Below are positions 1-11,013 of a stretch of DNA of 64,000 nt, piece by piece. The notes below the pieces were generated by a model. It worked only from the letters and a program-made list of their open reading frames with translations. It did no database searches and had not been told where the DNA came from. The DNA is taken from positions 5,888 through 69,887 of the forward strand of contig CAZSCV010000002.1 in NCBI GenBank assembly GCA_964605525.1, in the 5' to 3' direction. The DNA is from an uncultured Bdellovibrionales bacterium (GTDB lineage: Bacteria; Patescibacteriota; Minisyncoccia; Moranbacterales; UBA9337). The translations under genes were made by a program, and so were the position numbers. Every line of letters starts with the position of its first letter. The stretch's first letter is position 1.

Positions 1-531
1 TTGATCTACACCAAGATAACTGGCGACAAGGAGGTTGTTGCGGTTTACTGGTATGACGAGGGAAAAAAGAATCAATGTGATTTTAGTTTGCATATTACTC
101 CAAGAGAAATATGCAGGCGGCTTGCGGCGGATCCGAAGATCTTCCGAGCAATGTTTCTGGGACAATTGAAGGATTTCCCAAGAAACAATGAATTTTTTTC
201 AAGCATTGCCAATAATTTCCATGGTGATGCAGAGAGGTGGATCCTGTTTGCGGTTGCTCCGGCCGGGATGGGCACTGAACAGGAAAATGGATTTGTCATC
301 CCGGCGAGTTTTATGTCAGAAGTTGCAATCAGCACAAAGGATGGAAAAATGATTTGCCCTGATAACTATGTGAAACTTGATGAGTGGGATTCAGCAGTGC
401 GTTCTTTGAATAGTGGTCGTTTTATTTCGGTCGCATACAATGTGGAAACAAGCATGATGAATTTGTCGCAGGGAATTCCGGATCTTATGGAGATCGAGCC
501 ATTGAGTTCAGATGAGATTGATGGCTGTTGA
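1..531 (+). CDS. hypothetical protein (probably 5'-truncated by window edge)
   Basis: 176-aa ORF followed by an intrinsic terminator; no family motif recognised. Confidence 0.6.
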   Translation: MIYTKITGDKEVVAVYWYDEGKKNQCDFSLHITPREICRRLAADPKIFRAMFLGQLKDFPRNNEFFSSIANNFHGDAERWILFAVAPAGMGTEQENGFVIPASFMSEVAISTKDGKMICPDNYVKLDEWDSAVRSLNSGRFISVAYNVETSMMNLSQGIPDLMEIEPLSSDEIDGC

Positions 532-560
532 TATTTCATTGCACGGATATTGTGCAAAGT

Positions 561-598
561 GCGGATTCTCTTTATCGAGAACCCGCTTTTTTATTTTT
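561..598 (+). terminator. intrinsic terminator
   Basis: GCGGATTCTC-TTTATC-GAGAACCCGC hairpin followed by a T-tract. Confidence 0.7.
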
Positions 599-663
599 GG
601 CAGTCTTAGATGAAAGTTGTATAATAAAAGAAAAAAAGGAGAAGATATTAAATAATAAAAAAT

Positions 664-999
664 ATGTCTGAAAAAATAATTCAATTTAGCGGAGAGTGGA
701 AGGGTAAATAGTCGGATCCGACTGAATCTCGAAAAAATAAAAAAGAAACCGAGATTATATTGGATATGAAAAAGTATCTTTGGCTGATGGGTAAGTTAAG
801 CGAATTAAAAACAGAAAAACCAGGATTATTTAACGAAGAAAAAATTCGCTATGAAATGGGGGCGGTGCATGATTATGATGATTATGAATTGATAATGAAA
901 ATAAATAATTGTACCGAAAATATTATCAGAAGTAATCCTATTTTGTATATGGCAATAAATCGAGAAGCTTGGTTTAGGAATATTGCAGGGAATAAATAG
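664..999 (+). pseudogene. hypothetical protein with in-frame TAG at 709-711 (or short 760..999 CDS)
   Basis: ATG at 664 is in frame with ORF 760..999; a single TAG separates them. Confidence 0.4.
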
Positions 1000-1042
1000 T
1001 TTTTTTTGAAATATTCGATGGAAAATTTCTGTAAATAATATT

Positions 1043-3034
1043 ATGAAGACTAGAAAAAGCAAAATTAAAAGAGGTTTCTTTTTTTATCTCAAACAAACAG
1101 TTTTGGGAATTTTTGATGCTGGGATGATTTTAGCAGGAGTACTTGTTGTCGTGGCAACGCTTTTCTATTTGGATACTCCTGCGATTGGAGATTTGTCAAA
1201 ACGCCAAATCGCACAAACATCAGTGATTTACGATCGAACTGGAGAGCATATTTTGTATGAACTTTTTGGAGAAGAAAATCGGGAAATTTTGAGTCATAAT
1301 GAAATTCCCGACATTGTGAGAATTGCGACTATTGCCGCTGAAGACGATGCTTTTTATTCGCACATTGGGATTGACTTAAAATCAATTTTGCGGGCGGCGA
1401 AAGTCAATGCCGAAAGTGATTCAATCGAACAAGGCGCATCAACCATCACCCAACAATTGGCGCGAAGTATTTTTCTCAATAACAAAAAAACTCTCGAACG
1501 AAAAATAAAAGAAATGATTCTGGCGATGAAAATCGAGAGAAAATATTCTAAGGATGAAATTTTGGATATGTATTTGAATGAAGTTCCATATGGATCAAAT
1601 GCCTATGGAATTGCCATGGCAGCGCAAACATTTTTTGGCAAACAGGCAAATGAATTGTCAATGGATGAGGCGGCTCTTTTGGCGGCGCTCCCAAAAGCGA
1701 CTACGCACTATTCTCCCCATGGGAAGAACAAAAAAGAATTGGAAATCCGCCGAAAAAAAATAATCAGAAGGATCGGAGAATTGAAATTGGTGAAAAATGA
1801 AGAAATTCAGAAAGCTTTGGCATGGGATACTCTTGGAAAAATCATTCCGTTGAAAAGAAAAATCAATGCCCCGCATTTTGTTTTTTATGTTTTAGATAAA
1901 CTGAAAAAAAATTATAGCCGGGATTTTTTGGAAAAAAGCGGATGGAAGATTTTAACAAGTTTGGATTGGGAAATGCAAAAAGAAGCGGAAAAAATTGTGA
2001 GGGATGGAGTGGCTGCAGATGAAAAAAGATACCGAGCGACCAACGGTTCGTTAGTGGCAATTAATCCAAAAACTGGAGAAATTTTGGCAATGGTCGGAAG
2101 CCGGAATTATTTTGACAGTGCGATTGACGGACAAGTTAATGTCACACTCCAGCTTCGCCAGCCCGGCAGCGCGTTCAAGCCGATTGTCTATGCCAGGGCA
2201 ATGGAAGAAGGTTACCAGCCGGAAACCATGCTTTATGACGAGCAAACTAATTTCGGCCCAGACGGGTCCGGTAGAAATTATACTCCTCAAAATTATGATG
2301 GAAAATTTCACGGCGCAGTTTCTGTTCGTCAGGCTTTGGCGATGTCACTTAATATTCCGGCGGTAAAGACTTTGCGATATGCGGGAATTGACGATGTATT
2401 GGAATTGGCGCGCAGAATGGGAATTACCACGCTCACTGACCGAAAAAATTACGGACTTTCCCTGGCGCTGGGAGGCGGAGCCATAAATCTTCTGGAAGGA
2501 ACTTCCGCTTTTTCGGTTTTTGCCAATGATGGAATTCGCAATGATCCTGTTTCAATAATAAAAATCAGCAATGCCAGTGGAAAAGTTGGGTATGAATTTT
2601 CTTCCAATGGAAAAAAAGTTATTGATCCGCAAATTGCCAGAAAAATAAATTCTATTCTTTCTGACAATAAAGCGCGCACTCCGATTTTCGGTCCAAATAA
2701 TATGTTGCATATTGATGGCGTCAACGTTGCTGCTAAGACCGGAACCAACCAGGATTATCGCGATGGATGGACAATCGGATATACGCCGAATTTGGCGGCT
2801 GGGGTTTGGATTGGAAATAACGACAACTCCTCAATGGCGTATGGAGCTGACGGAAGTTATGTCGCCGCGCCGATCTGGCACAGTTTCATGGTCAAATTTT
2901 TGGGCAGATTTTCCAATGATAAATTTGCCGAATATGATAAAAAAGATTTGCCAAAAAAGCTAGTCTTCGGAGAACCGCAAAAAAGAGAAATGACAAAAGA
3001 CAAAACAAAAAAGAACAAGAAAAGTAAAAAATAA
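1043..3034 (+). CDS. class A penicillin-binding protein (PBP1A family transglycosylase/transpeptidase)
   Basis: N-terminal TM; EDDAFYSH, GASTITQQL, RKIKE glycosyltransferase motifs; SAFK, SLN, KTGT transpeptidase motifs. Confidence 0.93.
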   Translation: MKTRKSKIKRGFFFYLKQTVLGIFDAGMILAGVLVVVATLFYLDTPAIGDLSKRQIAQTSVIYDRTGEHILYELFGEENREILSHNEIPDIVRIATIAAEDDAFYSHIGIDLKSILRAAKVNAESDSIEQGASTITQQLARSIFLNNKKTLERKIKEMILAMKIERKYSKDEILDMYLNEVPYGSNAYGIAMAAQTFFGKQANELSMDEAALLAALPKATTHYSPHGKNKKELEIRRKKIIRRIGELKLVKNEEIQKALAWDTLGKIIPLKRKINAPHFVFYVLDKLKKNYSRDFLEKSGWKILTSLDWEMQKEAEKIVRDGVAADEKRYRATNGSLVAINPKTGEILAMVGSRNYFDSAIDGQVNVTLQLRQPGSAFKPIVYARAMEEGYQPETMLYDEQTNFGPDGSGRNYTPQNYDGKFHGAVSVRQALAMSLNIPAVKTLRYAGIDDVLELARRMGITTLTDRKNYGLSLALGGGAINLLEGTSAFSVFANDGIRNDPVSIIKISNASGKVGYEFSSNGKKVIDPQIARKINSILSDNKARTPIFGPNNMLHIDGVNVAAKTGTNQDYRDGWTIGYTPNLAAGVWIGNNDNSSMAYGADGSYVAAPIWHSFMVKFLGRFSNDKFAEYDKKDLPKKLVFGEPQKREMTKDKTKKNKKSKK

Positions 3035-3134
3035 CAGTTATTGTGCCAGGTTGATTTGTATTGTATAGTAAGCAATAGATGAGGTTTTATGCAGATCTAT
3101 TGAAACTTTCAGTTCAGATTTCTTATAAAATTTA

Positions 3135-3698
3135 ATGAATAGAAAAAGGGAAATAAAAATCAAAGATAAAAAGATTGATTATAACATTCGCAAAAGTTCA
3201 CGTATCAGCTATTTGCGCCTTACGATTTGTGATCAAGGGAAACTCACTATCACTGTTCCTTGCGGAGTGGGATTGGGAGAATTGGAAAAATTCATCTACC
3301 AAAAGGGAGATTGGATTTTGGACAAACTGGAATTTTTTCGAAGTAGGAGAAAGAATGCCAAATTTGTTTCCAGTCGGGAGGAATATTTGCAAAAAAAGTC
3401 CGAAGCGAGAAAAATTATTTCAAAAAAGGCGGATTTTTTCTGCCAAAAATTTGGTTTTACATATAATAAAATTTCCATCCGCAATCAGAGATCAAGATGG
3501 GGAAGTTGTTCGAGCCGTGGAAATTTAAGCTTTCATTATAAACTGGCGGATATGCCGGAGCGATGCGTTGATTATGTGGTGGCGCATGAACTTTGTCATT
3601 TGAAAGAAATGAACCATTCTAGAAAATTTTGGAATCTGGTATCCCGGATAACTCCTGACTACAAAAAAATAATCAAAGAAATGAAGAGTTTCAGTTGA
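3135..3698 (+). CDS. M48/YgjP (DUF45)-like zinc metalloprotein
   Basis: RWGSCS and YVVAHELCHLKEMNHS (HExxH) motifs. Confidence 0.88.
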   Translation: MNRKREIKIKDKKIDYNIRKSSRISYLRLTICDQGKLTITVPCGVGLGELEKFIYQKGDWILDKLEFFRSRRKNAKFVSSREEYLQKKSEARKIISKKADFFCQKFGFTYNKISIRNQRSRWGSCSSRGNLSFHYKLADMPERCVDYVVAHELCHLKEMNHSRKFWNLVSRITPDYKKIIKEMKSFS

Positions 3699-3714
3699 AT
3701 CAAGGCCCGGATAT

Positions 3715-3743
3715 TTGACAAGTTTCCAAATGTTTTATACTAT
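3715..3743 (+). promoter_or_regulatory. sigma70-type promoter of str operon
   Basis: TTGACA-N17-TACTAT upstream of rpsL. Confidence 0.7.
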
Positions 3744-3811
3744 ATACTTTGCTAGGGAACTAGCGATTTTTAGTTTTGAATTTTTAAATAATTTTGATTA
3801 TTACCTAAATT

Positions 3812-4231
3812 ATGCCAACAATCAACCAGCTTAAGAGAAAAGCAAGAAAATCAATCAAGAAAAAGACAAAATCCCCTGCAATGACTTTTGTTTTCAATAC
3901 AATCAAAAATCGCCCAGTGGACTCGCAAGCTCCTTTCAAACGTGGAGTTTGTCTTAAGGTTTCAACAACTACACCGAAAAAACCAAACTCAGCTCTTCGA
4001 AAAATCGCCAGAGTGCGCCTTACGAACGGATCAGAAGTGACTGCTTATATTCCCGGAGTTGGACATAATCTTCAAGAGCATTCAATCGTGGTGATTCGCG
4101 GAGGAAGAGTAAAAGATCTTCCTGGAGTCCGCTATCATGTTGTGCGGGGAGTTATGGATACATCCGGAGTAGACGGAAGAAAAAGAGGCAGGTCGAAATA
4201 TGGAGCAAAAAGACCAAAAAGTAAAGAATAA
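3812..4231 (+). CDS. rpsL: 30S ribosomal protein S12
   Basis: [29 protein letters not shown]. Confidence 0.99.
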   Translation: MPTINQLKRKARKSIKKKTKSPAMTFVFNTIKNRPVDSQAPFKRGVCLKVSTTTPKKPNSALRKIARVRLTNGSEVTAYIPGVGHNLQEHSIVVIRGGRVKDLPGVRYHVVRGVMDTSGVDGRKRGRSKYGAKRPKSKE

Positions 4232-4276
4232 TCAATAGAAGTGTTTTCGTATAAGCAATTAAACTATTATAATAAG

Positions 4277-4377
4277 AATTTTCAATTTTCAATTTTCAAT
4301 TTTCAAACAATTTTCAATTTATGAATTCAATAAATTGGGATTTAATTAGAAATTAGAAATTAGAAATTAGAAATTGA
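4277..4377. repeat. heptamer tandem repeats in opposed orientation, (AATTTTC)n...(AATTAGA)n
   Basis: AATTTTC x4 + AAAC + AATTTTC, then AATTAGA x4, in the rpsL-rpsG spacer. Confidence 0.85.
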
Positions 4378-4384
4378 GGTAAAT

Positions 4385-4855
4385 ATGGCAAGAAGAAAAA
4401 GAAAATTTGCAGAAACTTGGAAACCGGATCCTAAATATGGAAATATTTTGGTAGGCCGTTTTGTTGGAAGTATTTTGAGGGACGGAAAAAGAAGCGTAGC
4501 GGAAAAGGTTGTCTATGAATCTTTTGAAGCTATTCATGAAAAAACCGGAAAGGGAGGATTGAATGTTTTTGAACAAGCTATTAAAAATGTTTCTCCACTC
4601 CTTGCAATCAAATCCCGCCGAATCGGGGGAGCAAATTATCAAGTTCCTGTCCAGGTTTCCGGCGAACGGCGCCAGACATTGGCAATGCGCTGGATAAAAG
4701 ATGCTTGCCGGGCGAGAAAAGGAAAAGGTATGGCTCAAAAACTTGCTGATGAACTTATTGAAGCGGCCCAAAAAACTGGAGCAGCAATGAAAAAAAGAGA
4801 GGATACACATCGAATGGCCGAAGCAAACAAAGCTTTCGCGCACTTTGGAAACTAA
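4385..4855 (+). CDS. rpsG: 30S ribosomal protein S7
   Basis: RRIGGANYQVP, HRMAEANKAFAH. Confidence 0.99.
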   Translation: MARRKRKFAETWKPDPKYGNILVGRFVGSILRDGKRSVAEKVVYESFEAIHEKTGKGGLNVFEQAIKNVSPLLAIKSRRIGGANYQVPVQVSGERRQTLAMRWIKDACRARKGKGMAQKLADELIEAAQKTGAAMKKREDTHRMAEANKAFAHFGN

Positions 4856-4931
4856 ATATAATATGCAAACTTCCGCCATTTGCTTGGCGGGCATAAATTT
4901 ACAAAACGTAAACTTGTTTTTATAAATATCT

Positions 4932-7016
4932 ATGGAAAATAAAATTGTTCCTATCGAAAAATTAAGAAATATCGGAATCATCGCTCATATTGACGGAGGA
5001 AAAACAACTACCACTGAGCGTATTTTGTTTTATACGGGAATCACTCATAAGATTGGAGAGGTTCACGAGGGAGAAGCGGTAATGGATTGGATGGAGCAAG
5101 AAAGAGAGCGCGGAATTACGATTACCAGCGCTGCAACTACTTGTTTTTGGAAGGAGCACCAAATTAATATTATTGATACTCCGGGACACGTGGACTTTAC
5201 TGTTGAAGTAGAGCGCTCACTTCGTGTTTTGGATGGAGCGGTTGTTGTTTTTGATGGAAAGGAAGGAGTTGAACCGCAATCTGAAACTGTTTGGCGCCAA
5301 GCTGATAAATATAACGTGCCGAGAATTTGTTTTGTGAACAAGATTGACAAAGAAGGTGCAGATTTTGACCAAGCAATGAAATCAATCTGGAACCGTCTTA
5401 CTCCGAATGCGGTTGCTATTCAAATTCCAATCGGAGAAAGAGGAGATTTTTCGGGAATTGTCGATTTGGTAAAAATGAAAGCTTATACTTTTGCCGGACA
5501 AATGGGAGAGGAAATTATTGAAAGTGAAATTCCGGCGGAACTTGCCCAAAAAGCCAAGCAAGCGCGTGAAAATATGGTGGAAAAAATTGCAGAAACTGAT
5601 GATGCGCTCACGGAAAAATTTCTTAATGGAGAAGAGATTTCCATTGATGAATTGATGAAATCATTACGAAAAGCCGTTATTGATGTGAAGCTGATTCCGG
5701 TTCTTTTAGGAACGGCTCTTCGAAACAAGGGAGTGCAATTGGTATTGGATGCGGTAGTTAATTATTTGCCAGCGCCGATTGATTTGCCTCCGGTAAAAGG
5801 AATTAATACAAAAACTGAAGAAGATATCACAATCAGTCCGAGAGATGAAAAATTTGTAGCTTTGGCGTTTAAGGTAGCTACTGATCCTTTCGTTGGACAA
5901 CTTACTTTTTTTCGAATTTATTCAGGAAAAGTAAAAGCCGGTTCATATGTCTATAATTCTATCAAAGAAGAGAAGGAAAGAATTGGAAGAATTTTGCGAA
6001 TGCATTCCAATCATCGTGAGGAAGTGGAAGAATTGGGAACCGGAGAAATTGGAGCGTTGGTAGGAATGAAAAATACAACCACCGGAGATACTTTGACGGA
6101 AATCGGAAATCCGGTAGTGCTTGAAAAAATTATTTTTCCCGAACCGGTTATTGATATCGCAGTTGAGCCAAAGACAAAAGCTGATCAAGAAAAAATGGGA
6201 ATGGCACTTAAAAAATTGTCCGAAGAAGATCCGACTTTCCGTGTACGAAGCGATGAAGAAACCGGACAGACAATTATTTCCGGAATGGGAGAACTTCACT
6301 TGGATGTGTTGGTTGACCGAATGAAAAGAGAATTCAAAGTGGAAGCGAATATCGGACAGCCGCAAGTTGCCTATCGAGAAACTATCAAGATATCAGCGGA
6401 AGCGGAAGGAAAATATATCAAACAATCTGGAGGACGTGGACAATATGGACATTGTTGGATTCGTTTGGAACCGCAAGAGCCTGGAAAAGATTTTGAATTT
6501 GTCGATGAAATCAAGGGAGGAGTTATTCCTCAAGAATATATCGCGCCGATTGGAAAAGGAATCAAGGAGGCGATGCTAAATGGAGTTATCGCCGGATATC
6601 CGATGGTGGATATCAAAGCGACTTTGTATGACGGGTCGTATCATGAGGTGGATTCATCGGAAGCAGCTTTCAAGATTGCCGGTTCAATGGCATTTCAAGC
6701 GGCAGCCAAAAGAGCTAATCCTATCCTGCTGGAGCCGGTAATGAAAGTTGTTGCAACAACGCCGGAAGGTTTTATGGGAGATGTTGTGGGAGATATCAAT
6801 TCCCGCCGAGGAATTATCAAGGAGATTAATGATCGTGGAGAGGGAAATGCGGTAGTAAAAGAAATTGAAGCGGAAGTGCCACTTGCAAATATGTTTGGAT
6901 ATGCAACTCAACTTCGCAGCATGACTCAGGGTCGTGCCAGCTACGCAATGGAATTCAATCATTACGCCGAAGTCCCAAAAAACGTTGCTGAAGAAATTAC
7001 TGGAAAAGGGAAATAA
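4932..7016 (+). CDS. fusA: elongation factor G
   Basis: [44 protein letters not shown]. Confidence 0.99.
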   Translation: MENKIVPIEKLRNIGIIAHIDGGKTTTTERILFYTGITHKIGEVHEGEAVMDWMEQERERGITITSAATTCFWKEHQINIIDTPGHVDFTVEVERSLRVLDGAVVVFDGKEGVEPQSETVWRQADKYNVPRICFVNKIDKEGADFDQAMKSIWNRLTPNAVAIQIPIGERGDFSGIVDLVKMKAYTFAGQMGEEIIESEIPAELAQKAKQARENMVEKIAETDDALTEKFLNGEEISIDELMKSLRKAVIDVKLIPVLLGTALRNKGVQLVLDAVVNYLPAPIDLPPVKGINTKTEEDITISPRDEKFVALAFKVATDPFVGQLTFFRIYSGKVKAGSYVYNSIKEEKERIGRILRMHSNHREEVEELGTGEIGALVGMKNTTTGDTLTEIGNPVVLEKIIFPEPVIDIAVEPKTKADQEKMGMALKKLSEEDPTFRVRSDEETGQTIISGMGELHLDVLVDRMKREFKVEANIGQPQVAYRETIKISAEAEGKYIKQSGGRGQYGHCWIRLEPQEPGKDFEFVDEIKGGVIPQEYIAPIGKGIKEAMLNGVIAGYPMVDIKATLYDGSYHEVDSSEAAFKIAGSMAFQAAAKRANPILLEPVMKVVATTPEGFMGDVVGDINSRRGIIKEINDRGEGNAVVKEIEAEVPLANMFGYATQLRSMTQGRASYAMEFNHYAEVPKNVAEEITGKGK

Positions 7017-7041
7017 AAAATATTCTTGAAATACTTTCGAT

Positions 7042-7078
7042 AAAAAATAGCTTCGCAGAAATGCGGGGCTGTTTTTTT
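7042..7078 (+). terminator. intrinsic terminator after fusA
   Basis: AAAAAATAGCTTCGCA-GAAA-TGCGGGGCTGTTTTTTT. Confidence 0.75.
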
Positions 7079-7149
7079 GGAAAACTGGTGATTACATAAA
7101 AAAAGATAAAAAATTTTACAACTAGGCGGTTTCGTGAAACAATTCAGAT

Positions 7150-8421
7150 ATGAAAAATAGTAGTAATAAAGAATATGACGTTATTGTTATTGGCGGCGGA
7201 CCGGCGGGAATGATGGCGGCGGGAAAAGCAGGGGAAACTGGCGCTCGGGTTTTGCTTGTGGAAAAAAATGAACAATTGGGCAGGAAATTGTTGCTTACCG
7301 GCAATGGACGTTGCAATATCACGCATGCGGAATTTGACAATAATGAGTTGGTGAAAAGTTTTGGAAAAAATGGCAAGTTTCTTTTTTCAGCGCTAAGTGT
7401 TTTTGGACCGGAAAAAGTGATGGAATTTTTTTCCGATTTGGGAGTGGCGACTAAAATTGAAAAAGGCGGGAAAGTTTTTCCAGTGAGCGACAATGCTCTG
7501 GATGTTTTGCAAGCGCTGGAAAAATACTTGAAAAAAAATGCAGTAGAAGTGATGACTGGCGCCAATGTTTTGGGGTTTGAAATGAAAAAAAGCAATGATA
7601 TAAAAAAAATAAAAGGAGTGCGATTAGATAGCGGAATTATTTTAGCGGATAAATTCATTCTGGCTACGGGCGGAAAATCTTATCCGGCGACTGGTTCGAC
7701 TGGCGATGGATATGTTTGGGCGCGTGAATGCGGACATGAAATAATAAATCCGCAGCCGGTATTAGCGCCGATTAAGACGCAAGAAATATGGGTCAAAGAA
7801 GCGCAGGGCGTGAGTTTGAAAAATATAAAAATCAGTTTAATGCAAAACGATAATAAGATTGGATTCCAATCGGGCGATTTGATTTTTACGCATTTTGGTG
7901 TGAGTGGTCCGGTCATCCTGAATCTCAGTCGAACACTGGCGGAATTGGAAAAAAAAGATGATCAATTTTTTCTCTCCATAGATTTGAAACCGGAAATGGA
8001 TAGAAATGAATTAGATGCGAGCATACAAAAAGATTTTGCACGTAATATTAATAAAGATATTGCTAACTATTTGCCGGAACTTGTGCCGCAAAAAATAGCG
8101 AAAATTATTTTGCATTTGGCGGGAATTCCAGCGGAGAAAAAAATAAATAACATTACTAAAAAGGAGCGTTTGGATATAGTAAGCCTGCTTAAAGATATGC
8201 GCCTTGGAGTTATTGGTAATACTGGATTTGCGCAAGCGATGGTGACCAAAGGAGGTGTGAATTTGAAAGAAGTTAATCCGAAAAATATGCAATCCAAAAT
8301 CGTGCCAAATCTTTTTCTGGCCGGTGAAATTCTTGATTTGGACGGTCCGACAGGTGGATATAATTTGCAGATATGCTGGAGTACCGGATATTCGGCCGGA
8401 ACAAGTTGCGCAAACTCTTGA
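7150..8421 (+). CDS. HI0933/YhiN (BaiN-like) FAD-dependent oxidoreductase
   Basis: GGGPAG, GRKLLLTGNGRCNIT, ATGGKSYP.TGS.GDG, GEILDLDGPTGGYNLQ. Confidence 0.93.
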   Translation: MKNSSNKEYDVIVIGGGPAGMMAAGKAGETGARVLLVEKNEQLGRKLLLTGNGRCNITHAEFDNNELVKSFGKNGKFLFSALSVFGPEKVMEFFSDLGVATKIEKGGKVFPVSDNALDVLQALEKYLKKNAVEVMTGANVLGFEMKKSNDIKKIKGVRLDSGIILADKFILATGGKSYPATGSTGDGYVWARECGHEIINPQPVLAPIKTQEIWVKEAQGVSLKNIKISLMQNDNKIGFQSGDLIFTHFGVSGPVILNLSRTLAELEKKDDQFFLSIDLKPEMDRNELDASIQKDFARNINKDIANYLPELVPQKIAKIILHLAGIPAEKKINNITKKERLDIVSLLKDMRLGVIGNTGFAQAMVTKGGVNLKEVNPKNMQSKIVPNLFLAGEILDLDGPTGGYNLQICWSTGYSAGTSCANS

Positions 8422-8514
8422 CAGGATTTATTTTGATTGATATTATGAGCAAGTTGAATTTTTTGTTTATACACATACGGAAGGGGTTGACAGTTGGTAG
8501 GATTCTGTTAAAAT
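8418..8514 (+). promoter_or_regulatory. tandem sigma70-type promoters upstream of tuf
   Basis: TTGACA-N17-TATTAT (8418-8446) and TTGACA-N16-TAAAAT with extended TG (8487-8514). Confidence 0.6.
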
Positions 8515-8637
8515 AGAAATACGTTAAAAAACGAAGTTAAAACATTATTATTTAAGTAATTAACAAGTTCGCAAGAATGCGGGGATTGTTTTGGCGCTTT
8601 GGTCGAAACCTCTGTAATACTTGCAAAAAATAAAACT

Positions 8638-9828
8638 ATGGCAGAGAAATTTAATCGCGACAAGACACATGTTAATGTAGGAACAATCGGACATGTTGAT
8701 CATGGAAAAACAACATTGACTGCTGCTATTCTTCATGTTTTGAGTTTGAAAGGAATGGCAAAAGAAAAAAATGTTAGTGAAATCGACAATGCTCCTGAAG
8801 AGAGAGAGCGTGGAATCACTATTGCTACTTCCCACTGTGAATATCAATCAGACAAGAGACACTATGCTCACGTTGATTGTCCGGGACATGCTGATTATAT
8901 CAAAAATATGATTACCGGAGCAGCTCAGATGGACGGAGCGGTCTTGGTTGTGAGCGCGACTGATGGTCCTATGCCACAAACACGAGAACACATTCTTTTG
9001 GCTCGTCAAGTTGGAGTGCCTGCAATCGTTGTTTTCATCAACAAAATTGATATGGTTGATGACTTGGAATTGATTGATTTGGTTGAAGCTGAAGTCCGAG
9101 AACTTTTGTCAAAATATGAATTTGACGGAGATAATGCGACTGTTGTTCGTGGAAGCGCAGTTAAAGCATTGGAAACTGCTTCCGTTGATGATGAAGCTGC
9201 AAAACCAATAATCGATTTGATTGCCGCTTTGGATGAAAAAATTCCTGATCCGATTCGAGATATTGAAAAACCTTTGCTTATGCCGATTGAAGATATTTTC
9301 TCAATCGAAGGACGCGGAACTGTTGCGACTGGAAGAATTGAAAGAGGTATTTTGAATTTGAACGACGAAGTTGAGATTATCGGAATTAAAGATACTCAAA
9401 AAACAGTTGTAACCGGAATCGAAATGTTTAACAAACAATTGGACAAAGGAATGGCTGGAGATAATGCCGGAGTTCTCTTGCGAGGAATCAAAAAAGAAGA
9501 TATTGAAAGAGGTCAAGTTATTGCAAAGCCTGGATCAATCACTCCGCACACCGAATTTGAAGGAGAAATTTATATTCTTTCCAAAGAAGAAGGTGGAAGA
9601 CACACTCCATTTTTCAAAGGATACAAACCTCAATTTTATATTCGAACAACTGATGTTACCGGAGAAGTTGAACTTCCAGAAGGAACTGAAATGGTTATGC
9701 CTGGAGATACTGTAAATTTGAAGATAAAACTGGGATCTCCTGTGGCTATGGAAGAAGGAATGAGATTTGCTATCCGCGAAGGAGGAAGAACTGTGGGAGC
9801 TGGTATTACTACTAAGATTATCAAGTAG
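8638..9828 (+). CDS. tuf: elongation factor Tu
   Basis: [27 protein letters not shown]; start set at MAEKF. Confidence 0.99.
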   Translation: MAEKFNRDKTHVNVGTIGHVDHGKTTLTAAILHVLSLKGMAKEKNVSEIDNAPEERERGITIATSHCEYQSDKRHYAHVDCPGHADYIKNMITGAAQMDGAVLVVSATDGPMPQTREHILLARQVGVPAIVVFINKIDMVDDLELIDLVEAEVRELLSKYEFDGDNATVVRGSAVKALETASVDDEAAKPIIDLIAALDEKIPDPIRDIEKPLLMPIEDIFSIEGRGTVATGRIERGILNLNDEVEIIGIKDTQKTVVTGIEMFNKQLDKGMAGDNAGVLLRGIKKEDIERGQVIAKPGSITPHTEFEGEIYILSKEEGGRHTPFFKGYKPQFYIRTTDVTGEVELPEGTEMVMPGDTVNLKIKLGSPVAMEEGMRFAIREGGRTVGAGITTKIIK

Positions 9829-9898
9829 ATTTGATGTTGCTTTGGGAGCGGATTGCTCCGCTCCCCGAGCGTTTAATTACAAAATTTGAAAACTTAAG

Positions 9899-10222
9899 AT
9901 GACGAACAAACCCGAAGAACAATCAAGAATAAGGATCAAGATCAAGGCTTATGACAACAAAGTAATTGATCAGTCTGCCAAGCAGATTGTTGAAACTGCT
10001 TTGCGAAGCGGATCTGAAATTTCCGGTCCAATACCGCTTCCGACTGAAATCCATAAGGTTACGGTAAACAAATCTACATTTGTACATAAAGATGCCAGAG
10101 ATCAATATGAAATGAGAGTTCACAAGAGATTGATTGATATCATAAACCCGAAGCCGAAAACGATTGATGATCTGACTAATCTTGATTTGCCGGCAGGAGT
10201 AGACATTGAAATTAAGATGTGA
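9899..10222 (+). CDS. rpsJ: 30S ribosomal protein S10
   Basis: [34 protein letters not shown]. Confidence 0.98.
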   Translation: MTNKPEEQSRIRIKIKAYDNKVIDQSAKQIVETALRSGSEISGPIPLPTEIHKVTVNKSTFVHKDARDQYEMRVHKRLIDIINPKPKTIDDLTNLDLPAGVDIEIKM

Positions 10223-10425
10223 TAATATAAATCAATAGTCTTCGCTAAGTTTATTCTTAAATGTTTCCAGATGAGCTGTCGATAATTAGGAATTGAGTTA
10301 GCGAAGATTATAGATAATATCATTACTGGTTAAAGTCCCGATTTATTTTCCGGGATACTCAACTGGCCAATTCGAAAGAATAAAAACTGGCTTTGGGTAA
10401 AGCAGTTTTTTTATTGAAAAAGATT

Positions 10426-10986
10426 ATGAAATTTATTTTAGGAAAAAAAATTGGAATGACAACCATTTATGATGCGGAAAAAGGCGCATTGAATGTGACG
10501 TTGGTTGAATGCTCTCCTAATGAAGTGAGTTGTATTCGAAGCCGGGAAAAAGACGGATATTCCGCTGTTCAAGTTAAGACCGAAAAGACGCAAAATAAGT
10601 CGTTGTTTCGCGAAATTCGCATCATTGATTCTGAAGTCAAGAAAGATGACAAAATTTCCGTTGAAGTGTTTGAGATTGGAGACAATGTTAATGTGTGTGG
10701 AACGACAAAAGGAAAAGGATTTCAGGGAGTAATGAAGCGTCATGGTTTTCACGGATCTCCTGCAACGCATGGACATCGGCATGATCACCGCGCACCTGGT
10801 TCCATTGGAAGCGCTTTTCCTCAGCACGTAATCAAAGGAAAGAAAATGGCAGGAAGAATGGGAGGAAATACTTTTACAGTAAAAAATTTGGAGGTAGTTT
10901 TCATTGATAAGGATAAAAATATAATCGGGCTTCGTGGAGCAGTTCCTGGAGTGCAAGGAAGAATCGTTGAAATCTCAGGAAAATAA
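10426..10986 (+). CDS. rplC: 50S ribosomal protein L3
   Basis: GKKIGMT, KGKGFQGVMKRHGF, KGKKMAGRMG. Confidence 0.98.
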   Translation: MKFILGKKIGMTTIYDAEKGALNVTLVECSPNEVSCIRSREKDGYSAVQVKTEKTQNKSLFREIRIIDSEVKKDDKISVEVFEIGDNVNVCGTTKGKGFQGVMKRHGFHGSPATHGHRHDHRAPGSIGSAFPQHVIKGKKMAGRMGGNTFTVKNLEVVFIDKDKNIIGLRGAVPGVQGRIVEISGK

Positions 10987-11013
10987 AGCAGGAATTTTAA
11001 AATAAGATATTTT

